DNA of 64,000 nucleotides from positions 3,782,001-3,846,000 of the forward strand of contig NC_134473.1 of NCBI RefSeq assembly GCF_964194025.1, read 5' to 3'. How positions within the stretch are numbered: the stretch's first letter is position 1; the number at the start of each line of letters is the position of its first letter. Below, one piece after another: positions 11,001-23,000 of the stretch. A model generated the notes under the pieces. That model had not been told where the DNA came from. It ran no database searches and worked only from the letters and a program-made list of their open reading frames with translations. Both the position numbers and the translations under genes were made by a program. This DNA comes from Convolutriloba macropyga. Taxonomy: Eukaryota.

Positions 11001-14000
11001 GATTAGAACCATGAATTATTTGAGGGCAGTTGATTGCCCTCTCAGCTTTTTGAGACTATCAGTGTTTTGGCTATCCTAATTATTTTGCACTTATCCTTAC
11101 CAAACGTTTTCAAAAATAAATATTTTTGCGGCATTTTGTTTCTCTTGGTGACAGTGGTTTAAATTTCACCAATTTTTAGATCAGAGCTGGGTAGGTAATG
11201 AGTTAATGGTTGAATACAAAAGTTAACCGCTTCAGCTGCCGTTTCGGTTTCTTTGTGAAGTTTTGACGTTTCGAGTCGCTTCCGGAATTCTTTCGGCTAT
11301 GTTTTTGTTCTCACAAAAATGACTTCGTTTGAAATGGTTTTTTATTTACTTTAATTCAAAGAGATAAGGTCAAATGGGTGTGTGTCACCCTAAATGAAGG
11401 TTATTAGAAAGCAGCTAATAGAGGCAGCAAAAACTTGTACAGATTATAAATCAAAATATAACATATCAGCCTTGAATGAAAAGACGAATTTTTTTTTGGT
11501 CTGTCTTTTTTACTGTTTTTTTTTGAGACTGCAGATCTACGAAGCTATTGCGGCTATTTTCTGGCAATCTGCCAGCTATTTTTCTAAATTTACTGTTAAG
11601 TCTTTTGCTTTTTCAGAGAATTTTATAAGCTTTTTGCATTTAACATGTAGAGAATTTTATAAGGCTTTTTGGATCTTTTCCGTTTGTGCCCCCATCTTAG
11701 TGGGTGCATATTATTTGATAAATTTAATTTAGTTTCTAAGTTATTATTATCTGCCGTTTGCTTTAGCGATCTTTTTGAGATTAGAACCATGAATTATTTG
11801 AGGGCAGTTGGTAGCCCTCTCAGCTTTTTATGACTATCAGTGTTTTGACTATCCTAATTATTTTGCACTTATCCTTACCAAACGTTTTCAATAATCAATA
11901 TTTTTGCGGCATTTTGTTTCTCTTGGTGACAGTGGTTTAAATTTCACCAATTTTTAGATCAGACCGGGGGGGGGGGTGGTAATGAGTTTAAGGTTTATTA
12001 AAAAAGGTAATGGTTTCAGCTGCAATTAGGGTTTTTGTCAAGTTTTTACGCTTCGAGTCGCTTTACCTCATTTTGCCGCTTTTTCAACATTTTGCGTGAT
12101 ATCTTTTTGACTTCTCTAGGCTAGTTTCTCTCTTCTCTCATTCTGCTTAAAGTGATTTTGAACATCAGTTGCTCAGCAAAGCAATTCAAAATGAACAGAG
12201 TCAGTATAAAAAATTGAAGTGAGAAGTAGAAACGGGATAAACCCATAAAGCCCAATTTTAGATGCCCGCTATTTGAACGTCGTTCCTATAAGTCTTAGTT
12301 ACCATCTCTAATGCTTATTGGTATTGATAGTAGCCCCTGTAGCCTCTCTCTAAGAAACAGAAGTACGTTATGTTCAACTACGAAATGCCATCAAAATAAA
12401 TCGGACTGAAAAAATGTTTTTGTACAAAAATCTTTTTTTTTCAATATCCTCTATTCTTTCAATCCCAATCATGCTTATTTGAATCAACGGTGGCTATTTT
12501 CCGGCAATCTGCCGGGTATGTTACTATAGTGGCTTGAGTTTGTCTTGGAAACAGACCTGTGAAGCAATGCTTTAATTACTGGTTTCCACTGTGTCAGCGA
12601 GTAATCAACTCTTTTAAGATTGATACATTTAACCACCGAAACGATTTATTTTTGTCCGTCCCTTGGTACAACTTAAATGGCTTCTCAATTTATTTGGATC
12701 AATGCTTGATCAATCAATGAAGATGTTGTTAAGGGTTTTCTTGGGCACATTCTACTAAATCGGCGGAAGTGATCGAACAATCTAACATATTTTTTATCAA
12801 ATTTTTGATACGTTTTGTTTCGTAGTTTTGAGCACGAAAACTTCTGTAGCCTGGGAGTTGTAATAAGCGTCCTTTTATTTAAGATCTTTGACATTTTCGA
12901 AGACTTGTTGCTCTGCAGTGAGTTCAAATTGTGTCATATATTAACAGAATGATTACGGTCGCATATTTCTATGAACTATGCATTACCCTTTATTCTAACA
13001 GAATTCAGAAAACGAATAAATCTTCTGAGATAATTAGTTTAATTGCTCTCAAATGGAGCTTGTAGATTTTGTATTGGTCAGGTCGACTTCTTTGCGCATT
13101 CTTTTCTGAATTGATTTGTCTAACGAAATTTGGCGATTTGAGTTTTTAATTAACAGATTGGATCTATTCTGTTTATCCCTTTCGGCCGCAGCTTAGCGGG
13201 AATATAACTTCTGCGCCCCAAGGCGCTCATGCCATCTTTTAAATAGTAATCTGTTATGTAACAACAAACATTGTAATGGGGGGGCATTAAAAACACAGGG
13301 GGAACAATAGATCCAACAGATTTGTACTCCTGTCGGAGTTGTCGATTTCTGACTGATTTGATTTCTGGTCTGATTGATATGCCTGCCTCTCTTTGATTGA
13401 TTTGAATTCTTTTTATCCCACCAAATTGACTTCGTGTTGACTCATATGACTGTTCTGCGTTTGTCTAACCAATATCAGTTCTCATTGTTGAACTTCATCT
13501 GGTCTGATGGATTTGACAGTTGACTTTTTCTCGAACAATTGCTTGATTACGTGATATACATGCCTCTCATTGTGACCTTTAAAAGGTTTAATTTACATAA
13601 GCATCATGCAGTGCGTGCTTGGTTTGTTTTAATTTTGATAAATAGTATCTTGGACATTGTTTGAATGATAGGTATTATTTTTGTGTTCAATTTTTGACAT
13701 TTTCGAAGACTTGCTGCTGTGCAGTGCGTTCAAATTGTGTCATATATTAACAGAATGATTACGGTCGCATGTTTCTATGAACTATGCTTTACCCTTCATT
13801 ATAACAAAGGATTTTCTGTGGCCAGAAGTCGGTTGTTTAGTTTCTCTCAATCAAAAGTTTTTGTATTCATGCAGTTCTTGCCGGTATTTTTTTTTGAAAT
13901 CTAATGTCTGATTAATAGCCGCACAGCGATAGCTGGGGATATTATTGGCCTTCTCTTGGTTTTTTACAATTCAAAGAGTTTGAATTGTATTGGGGCGCTG

Positions 14001-17000
14001 TCTTTTTTTTCTAAGATCTGTTCACACATTTTTCCTTATTTTTGAAGTCAAATTGGAGTAGTGATTTTGGTCACGCCGAAACAGGAGATGGAGCAAAAAG
14101 CGAGTGGTTTTGCTGCGTGAATTTTTTTGCTCTAATTTTAAAGTAGAGTGAGAAAACGGTGTTTGAACAAAAATTTTCTTTCTCGCTAGTGGTTTTTTTT
14201 ATTCACATGCGACAATTTCACTTTGATTTTTACTGTTTTGGATCAGATTTTTTTCTAAATGGTTTTTCCAAAACATTCATAGTTCATTCCTGGCCTAGTG
14301 TTTTGTTAGAATCAAAGTTATATTTCTCGCTGGTGGTTTTTTGATCTCCCTAGCGGCATTTTGACATTGATTTTCTGTTTTTTTTTTGTTTTTTTTATCT
14401 GATTTTTTTTTTAGAAATGGTTTGCCCAATTCACTCATAGTCCGTTCGAGACCTAGTTTTTGTTAAGTCAATGAAAATTCTTTGAATTGTACGTCAGGAC
14501 TTGTCCTGCGATGTTTTTTTATTTCGTGATTTTTGTTACGACCATATGACGTCACAACCACTTCAAGTCTGCTTTTTGTTCATTCGTTCATGCAATTTCA
14601 ACTGAATTGCGTGCGTGACGTCATTTTTCGCTCTTAGTGGAGCGAGTTTTTTTGTTCTTTCGCGTGATTAAAGTTCTGGTCACATTTGACTTACCTCACT
14701 CTCAAAAATGACATCCTCACTTTGAAATTGACTTTTATTTACTTTAATTCAAAGAGATAAGGTCAAATGGGTATGTGTCACTCTAAACGAAGGTTATTTC
14801 AGAGCACCTAATAGAGGTAGCAAAAACTTATACAAATTTTTAATCAAAATATAACTTATCAGCCTTCAATTAAGTCTGTCTTTTTTACTGGTTTTTTGAG
14901 ACTGCAGATCTACGAAGCTATTGCGGCTATTTTCCGGCCATCTGCCAGCTATGTTTGATCTTTCTTCGAGCAACGTGTTCAGACCAGTGGTTTAAAAATT
15001 GTTTGTGATGTTACTTATCTTATTTTTTTTGTGTCAGTCATAATTTTCAATCACTTGAACTCATTATCGGGCGCTAACTCGCTGCAGTTTACTGCAGAAC
15101 GTGAAATGAAAAGTGCGCAAATTGTGGTTTTATTGTCCTATTTAAATCGGCCCAGTACTGGTTGAGGTGATGGGATCTGGTCCGTTAATTCCTACTAGTA
15201 CGTTTTGCAACCCAGCACGTTAAAATTTCACGATAATATTGAGGAAGTTTGTTTACTTCACACGTGCGAGTTGGGCTTACAAATAACATGCATTCCTACA
15301 AATAAAAACGTCCAAGCTAAGCTAAGGGAGTCGGAGGTAATGGAAAGGGTTCTGATAATGAACTGAAAAGTGGACTCCAGAACTGGACCACAAGCACTCA
15401 AGAATAAAAAAAAGCTCTACAATCCCTCTTGCTGATCGATTTGTTTAATTTCAGTTTGAGCAGCTTCCTGGAAATTTAAAATATATCTGGGCATCATTAA
15501 AAATACATGCCAAATTTAAAAAGGATAGCATGAGTTGAAAAAGAAATAAAAACAGCGAAAATTTTCAGGCAGAACTCAAAATCTTATTAATTCCATGTCA
15601 AAATCATTAAGAACGCTAGCTGCTGATTGCTGCAACCTTCATTATTTTGAAACTTATAACCGCATGCATTTTTTGATAACACACAACCTATTTTAATAAC
15701 AGCGTGAATTGTGAATATAAAGAAGCAGCCAGAAATTCTTGGGTAAAATTCAAACAACCATTAAACGTTGTCAAAGTGATCAAACGCAACTGCTTACTGC
15801 AACTATCAGGAATTTACAATCAACAATTATAACCACTTTTTAATCTTTTAGCGACGATATAGTTTCGAAAGCATCAAAAACAACACGAAATATTGGCTAA
15901 ACTGAAAAGCTAACTATTTTTTTGCAAGTTGGTGATGCTGGTCATAATGTTCAAAAGTGCATGCTGGAAACATTAAATGATATCATTAGCAAACAAATAA
16001 AAAATAAATCAAAATATAAATCGGCTTAAATTTTTGAATTACTGGCTCAATGATTAAAGTTTTTTTCAAAAACATTAGCTTTTTCCTCCGTATTTAGAGT
16101 TTTTAATTGGCAGTTTTATTTCAAGCTTTTGTTCTATTCAATTCTTCATCTCTGACTACTCTGGAGTATTATATATTTTTTCTTGTTTCAAATATAAAGA
16201 TCAGCGATACAAATGTTTCTGGTTTCACTATCTGATTTTTTTATTTTTTTTCCACTTGTTACTAAATTTTTTTTTGTTGAACTGCTCTAAAATAATAATA
16301 ACAGAATTTATTCCAATTAATTATTGGGACCACTTTTTTAAATTACAATTCGAATGTTCATAGTTTTTTTAGTCTTTCAAAGAACCATCATTGCATATTT
16401 GGTCTCTTTTATGAATTTCTTGAAATTACGAACATATTTAACTTTTCTTAAGCGATTTTGACTTAATTGTTTTAATTCAGAAATTAGCAATTTTTGCAAA
16501 AATTAGTTTTTGCTCTGACTGCCATTGCTCGATAATTAAAAAAAATTTCATTCATGGATAGTTTTAAAGCTTTGAATTTCAGCTAGACAAAAAGACATTC
16601 TTTTTTGATCTTAACATATTGGCCTAGTCAATTACCATAATCTCTGCTCAAGGAACTGTAATCATGATACTTGCTAGAGCGCCCCGAATTCCCTAATTGT
16701 GTTGACTGGAACTCAACCATTGAGAGGGGAGTTTTGAGTCGAGATTTGGTCAACATTGAAACAAAGAAATAGTTTCTAATTTCATTACGTCGTCATCGCA
16801 CTCAATGAGCTGTGAGATACTTCAAACCAACTACAAAACTATGCTGGTCACGAGGATTATACTGCAACATTTTTGTTGGCATTGAAAACTGATTGTGTGA
16901 GTTGCTGGTTCCAAATGTGTTCCAAATAACAATTTGATTTTTTCATGATTTGAACTGGTAATAATTTTGCGATTAACTAAGACTCATAAAGAGATGTCTA

Positions 17001-20000
17001 ACTGAGGACCATCGACCTTTAGGTGAAAAAAATCTTAGAAAATGGCAGAATAAATTGTTTTTCTTTTCCTCAATGTTTGTTGAACACTTTTTGTTTCGTG
17101 TTATTTTGAAGTGAATGGCCCTATACGTTTTAGCCGTGACACGATGGTAAAAGTGTGGTGTCTAAAGACAGGCGAAGAGATACGAACCCTGCTTGGGCAT
17201 TCTGGCACTGTGACTTGTGTTAAAATCCTGCCAAGCTCTTTGGAGATCAGACAAGTGCTCGCACAGTTGTCAAATGGTTAGATTTTCAGTGTTGAAATTT
17301 CTGCTATTTTAGCTAAATTTCGGCTCAATCGGGTGAGCTTAAAATTCCCTCTTTTTTGTTGAAAATTTTCAGTTTTAGTTTCAACATTATTCCGATGCCT
17401 GAAATCAGATAGCAGTATATTTGATTGTGTATTAGAAGTGTATAACTGATAATATGCAGACATTTCCATTTCAAATGAAATTGTAATCGAAGCAGAGCAA
17501 ACATGAGCAAAAATAACCCGTGAGTTATCGGTTTGATGTGAAGGTTTCTTATACGTATTCGCTAAAATTAATCCAAAACACGGTTTGATGTGAAGGTTTC
17601 TTATACGTATTCGCTAAAATTAATCCAAAACAATTAATTGCCAAAAAAAATTTTCAAAGTATTTTTGTGATCTGCTCAGCAGTGTTTCAATTCAATTTGG
17701 TCAATAGGTTTGTTTTGAAAGGGTTGAAGCACAAATTTTGTTATCACCATCGAGAAGTTATCAAACTGCGTGGCAAGCCGGTTAGTTGAGTTACTTCGAG
17801 AGGGTAATAAAATTGTGTCGTAATCCGATTTCAAAGCAAATTTCGCAATATTTCAAATTTTAGTAGCATACATTAGGTGCGTAATAAGTTATTTAATTGG
17901 TAAGTTTATATTGTAGTGAGAGTTGATCACAAAAGATTCCTTTTTCAGGAGAAGGGAGTGAGAATCAATTGGAGAGATGTTGTTTGACAGCTTCAACAGA
18001 TTGTTGCATTAAACTGTGGAATTATTTGTCAGGTATGTCGGAGACTGCGTCCATTCTTAACTACCAGAACCATTGTTATTGGGAAACAAATTCATTTTTT
18101 CCGCGCTGTTTGAAGAAAAAAGTGAAAAATTTGTAGCAATCACATTGGTCCTGTTGGTTTTTACTTCTTGACTTTTGATTACGTCTTGACTTTTTCATTT
18201 TAACGTCAGTGTTTGAGCCGCTAAATTTTGGAGGCAGTTTTGTAATGGAAGTATACTCAAAACTGCGCCAAAATTGGTTTCGTTTTTCATTTTATAGCTC
18301 AGGAGTGATCTATAGTGGGCTTTAATATCATCATTTTAAAACCTGTAGTGCCATTATAAATCATCACTGGCAAAAGTAATGCACAATTGACCCCCCCCCC
18401 CCCCACCCCCTCCCCCTGCGCCTGTCGTTTGAGAGCAATTCGACCGACCGTAGTCGGTTGTATTTGGGACGTTATTGATGATTTCCAGTGAATTAATTTT
18501 TTAGATATTAGTGTTGTCGATTTATTGCTTCAAAATACATATATTGGGAGTGTTTGATGGATGTAATTGTTTAGGAGAAATGTTTAAAAGCATCTACACC
18601 TTTGGATCTGTTTCTAGTCTGTGTTGGGTCTCAGCTATACCGAGAATGATAAGCTCTGTGAATACTTCGATCATATCAGGCAGTGGTAAGTGCTTACTGG
18701 CATCAAACATAGGAAAATGTATTTTGTGCAATTGATGGATATATTGGACTGGTTTGTTTAAGAGTCCGGCAAGCTGCAAATCTGGGATGTCGTAGAAGCA
18801 AATGAAGTGATGAGTCATAAATGCCATGAAGAGTCTATCAATAAAATTGAGGTATGGATGGTCTTTGACGTGATTGGGGTGGTAAGACTTAATTAAAGGT
18901 GTCGATATGGAATTGTTTAATCAATCGCTAACGAAGAATTTGACATGGTGGAGCTCTATCATTTTGAAGTAATTTTTGCCCCGGGAGTTCAACAAAAACA
19001 CTAATACCAATTGTTTTGAAAAATATTGAATTTTAAAAATTGTCAATTTAGTCCTTTCGTCTTAATAGTGACTATAGTGGTATATTATAACCTCTAATGA
19101 CGTCATTTGAAGTCCCACTTAATGAATGTGGTGTCTCCCCAGACTGAAGCAGGCTGCAATAGATTCGAGCTCCAAAACTAGTCGCTGGAGACTGATTCTT
19201 CGGACGTTAGTCGGTTATTTTACATTTTTTCACTCGGTTAATCTCTGAAGAACGATGTGAATGCAGATCGTTTCTGTAGCATTTAGGTTTTTATGCGTTT
19301 GACGTCTTTTAGGCTTATCTGCCAAGTTGCGTAATTGTATTTATCTTAAATGACTTGCCGCGCTCTCTCAGTGACTTTAAGGTCGTTTCAAATGACAGTA
19401 AATCCTTCCAGAGTCAATCAAGGCCAACTGCTTAACGAAAGCTGGTAAAATTAAGAATTTAGGGGTAAAATGTTAGAGAATTTGATTTTTAAGCTTAACG
19501 TTTCAGTTTTCAACATTAAACGAAAACAATTAGTAATTTTATTTAGTAATTTTTAGTAATTTTATAGATTTCGTCGACAGCGGCATGAATTTAGTTCAAT
19601 AGTGGTTTGACTTTCTAGTTGCTATGTATAGTTTACACCACGCAGAACTATTTCTCAGATATTTTGGCAATCTGCAGATTATTTTCTATAATGATTTTTT
19701 GAATTATTTGCTATGAATCAGCGCTTTAAAAGTGCTTTTAAACGGCGGTCGCTCAGAAAATCAATCTGAAATGAACAGAACCAGTATTGAGAATCAAAAT
19801 AGAAACGAAATAAACCTATAAAGCCCAATTTTAGATGCCCGCTACTTCAAGTTTGTTCTTATAAGTCTTAGTTAACATCTTTATTAATAGCCGCACAGCG
19901 ATAGCTGGGGCTATTATTGGCCTTCTCTTGGTTTTTTTATTTCGTCGTCATGATTTTTGCTACGACCATATGACGTCACAGCAACTTTTTGTTCATTTGT

Positions 20001-23000
20001 TCATGCAATTTCAACTGAATTGCATGTGTGACGTCATTTTTCGCTCTTAGTGGAGCGAGTTTTTTTGTTCATTCGCGTGATTAAAATTTTGGTCACACTT
20101 GACTTACCTCTCTCTCAAAAATGACTTCCTCACTTTGAAATTGACTTTTATTTACGTTAATTCAAAGAGATAAGGTCAAATGGGTGTGTGTCACTCTAAA
20201 TGAAGGTTATTTGAGATCTGCTAATTGAGGCAGCAATAACTTATACAGATTTTTAATCAAAATATAACAGATCAGGCTTCAATGAAATGACAAATTTTTT
20301 TGGTCTGTCTTTTTTACTGTTTTTTTTTAGACTGGCGATCTACGAATCTATTGCGGCTATTTTCTGGCAATCTGCCGGCTGTTTTCTTGGCATTGATGCT
20401 AGCCATGTTTGCTCTCATTAAAGTACCGGAGTTATTGTACAACGACCATTTTTTGTTTTTCTGTTCCGTCAATCCCAATCGGTGTTATGGAATTGAACGG
20501 CGGCTATGTTCTGGCAATCTGCGGGGTTGTTGATTTTTAGTTTTTGTGCTTCTTCGATTGACTTTTTGTCTTTTTAATTGCTCGCAAACGAAGTTTTTAG
20601 CAATTATGTTAGTCCTGTCGATCTTTTTTTTTGCGATTTTTCGCTTGACCAATTTTTCATCTGACGCATTTGAATTTTCGTCATCAAGACGAGATAATCA
20701 GGTGGCGCCCAGCGGGCATTAAGTGCTCTTAGAGCCTTTCAGCTCACTACTCTTCAAGGATGCGATTCACAGAATCTGTTTTGGAGACTTATACTTATGA
20801 TGGTGCGAAGGGCGGTTCCTAAAGATTGACCACCCCACTGTCCCCCATTGTTGCCAACACATCAGCCCCCGGTGCACCCCCCCCCCCCCCGCTGCGCTCA
20901 CTTATGGCTATTCAATTAAGCTAAATCTAGCCTCACTAAACCGTGCCTAGCTACTGACGAAGCCAACCGCTCGTCGGTCGTTTGAGAGCAATTCGTCCGA
21001 CGTTAGTCGGTTATGTTTAGATAATGAAGTTCATCATTGTTCGCCGGCTGAGTTTTTGCACCTAGTTCGCAGGTCGATTATTTCTGAGACTGTTTCTTCT
21101 TACAGTTAAGCGAAAAGGCTTGTGGTTTTACTGCGTAATTTTTATCACTCAAATTTTTACGTAGTAAACGGCGTTTGAGAAAAAAATCGCTTTCATGATA
21201 TTTATTTTTTTTTTGATATGCGGCAATTTGACTTCTGTTTTTTCCCGAATTTTAGGCGGGTTTTTTCTCAAACAAGTTTCCAAATTCATTACTAGTTGTA
21301 GGTTTGGTTTTCTTTTTATCAGTGAAAAGTCTTTGATATTGTAGTTCACGGCGTTTTTTCTCGCTTCTTGTCTATCACTTTTTCATTGCTCTCAAACGAA
21401 GAATGAAGCAATCAGTGTAAACGTGTTGGTCTTATGTAAATTTTTCCTTTGCCGATTTGACTTTCGGTTGACTTTTACAGGCTTCACCTCTTTGTTTTGT
21501 GTGTTTTAAAATTCTCTATCATAATTTAAGCAGCTGAGCTCAAGTAATGTTACTTTACGGCGTATCTTTTTTTCACTCAAATTTTTACATAGTAAAAAAT
21601 GTGGTTTGAGAAAATTTCGCTTTCATGATATTTAATTTTTTTCGACATGCGGCAATTTTTCCCGAATTTTTTAAGCGGTTTTTTCTCAAACAATTTTCCA
21701 AATTCATAACTAGTTTTCGGTGTAGTTTTCTTTTAATCAGTGAAAAATCTCTGCTTTTGTAATTCAGGGCGTGGCCTGTTTTCTCGCTTTTTATCTAACA
21801 TTTTTTCATTGCTCTTAAACGAAGGTTGAAGCAATCATTGTAAGCGTTGTATTCTTATCTAAATTTTTCCTTTGCCGATTTGACTTTTGGTTGACCTTTT
21901 CGTTTTGCGTGTTTTAAAATTCTCATTCTCAATTTAAGCAGCTGAGCTCAAGTGGCGATAGTTCACTACTAAAAGTCACATGAATACTGCGCCGAAATTG
22001 GTGTACTTTTTTAACTTTAAATTTTATTAGTGACTATAGTGGTATATTATAACCTATAATGACCTCATTTGAAGTAGCTTTTAATGAATGTGGTGTCCCC
22101 CCAGACTGAAGCAGGCTGCAATAGATTTGAGCTCCAACTAGTCGCTGGAGGATTTTTCGGGCGTTAATTGGTTATTTTACATTTTTTCACTCTGTTAAGC
22201 TCTGAAGAACGATGTGAATGCAGATCGTCTCTGTGGCTCCTAGATTGTTATGCGTGTGACGTCTTTTAGGCTCATCTGCCAAGTTGCGTAATTGTTTTTA
22301 TCTTAAATGACTTGCTGCACTCTGAATGAATTAAGGTAATTTCAAGTGACCCTAAATACTTCCAAAAACAATCAAGGACAACTGGTGAAGGAAAGCTTGA
22401 AAAATTAGAATTTGTGAGTGAAATATAATAAAGAATTTGATTTCTAAGCAAAACATATCAGTTTGAAGCAAAAATTAAAAAGAAAATAATTTTTAGTAGT
22501 TTTTATGGATTGCGTCGACAACGGCATGAGTTTAGTTCAATGGGGGTTGAACTTTGTGTAGTTGCTATCTAGAGTTCACAACACGTAGCACTATTTCTCA
22601 GCTACTTTGGCAATCTGAAGGTTTTGTTCTATAATGACTATTTTTAATACTTGTGTTTGCGATTTCTGTAGTATTTTTTTCCGGTTAATGAGTGTAAGTT
22701 GGCTGAACTCATAATTAATCAATGCTTGCACGAATTTAGGTCAACGAGAATGTAATTTTCACCTCTTCTAAAGACGGTCTGGTGAAGATCTGGCAGCTCA
22801 ATTGCGACTCCGAGGGTTGCGTTACTGTGAATCTACAGTTTGTGTCCGATTGCCTCAAAAGGTTTCCACAATCATCGGGCAGTGATTTGAAGAGCCGGTG
22901 TTCCTTCGGAGACATTCGGGCGATGGTTGTTGACTTTGATGATCAACTAATTTTTGTTGGCGATGATGGGCCTAATATCAAAATAGTCGATTGGAGAAAT

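Noticed and set aside
10618-11732. Duplicated short ORFs MKVIR...
   Set aside because: They lie in the 777-bp repeat, differ by homopolymer frameshifts and show no protein motif.
16995-17035. Hammerhead ribozyme-like cores (also ~7258-7290 and ~20954-20975)
   Set aside because: Each lacks part of the CUGANGA/GAAA core or a convincing stem I/III.
20699-20904. hAT-like MITE nested in HINE-A
   Set aside because: The inverted ends are only partial and no TSD could be identified.
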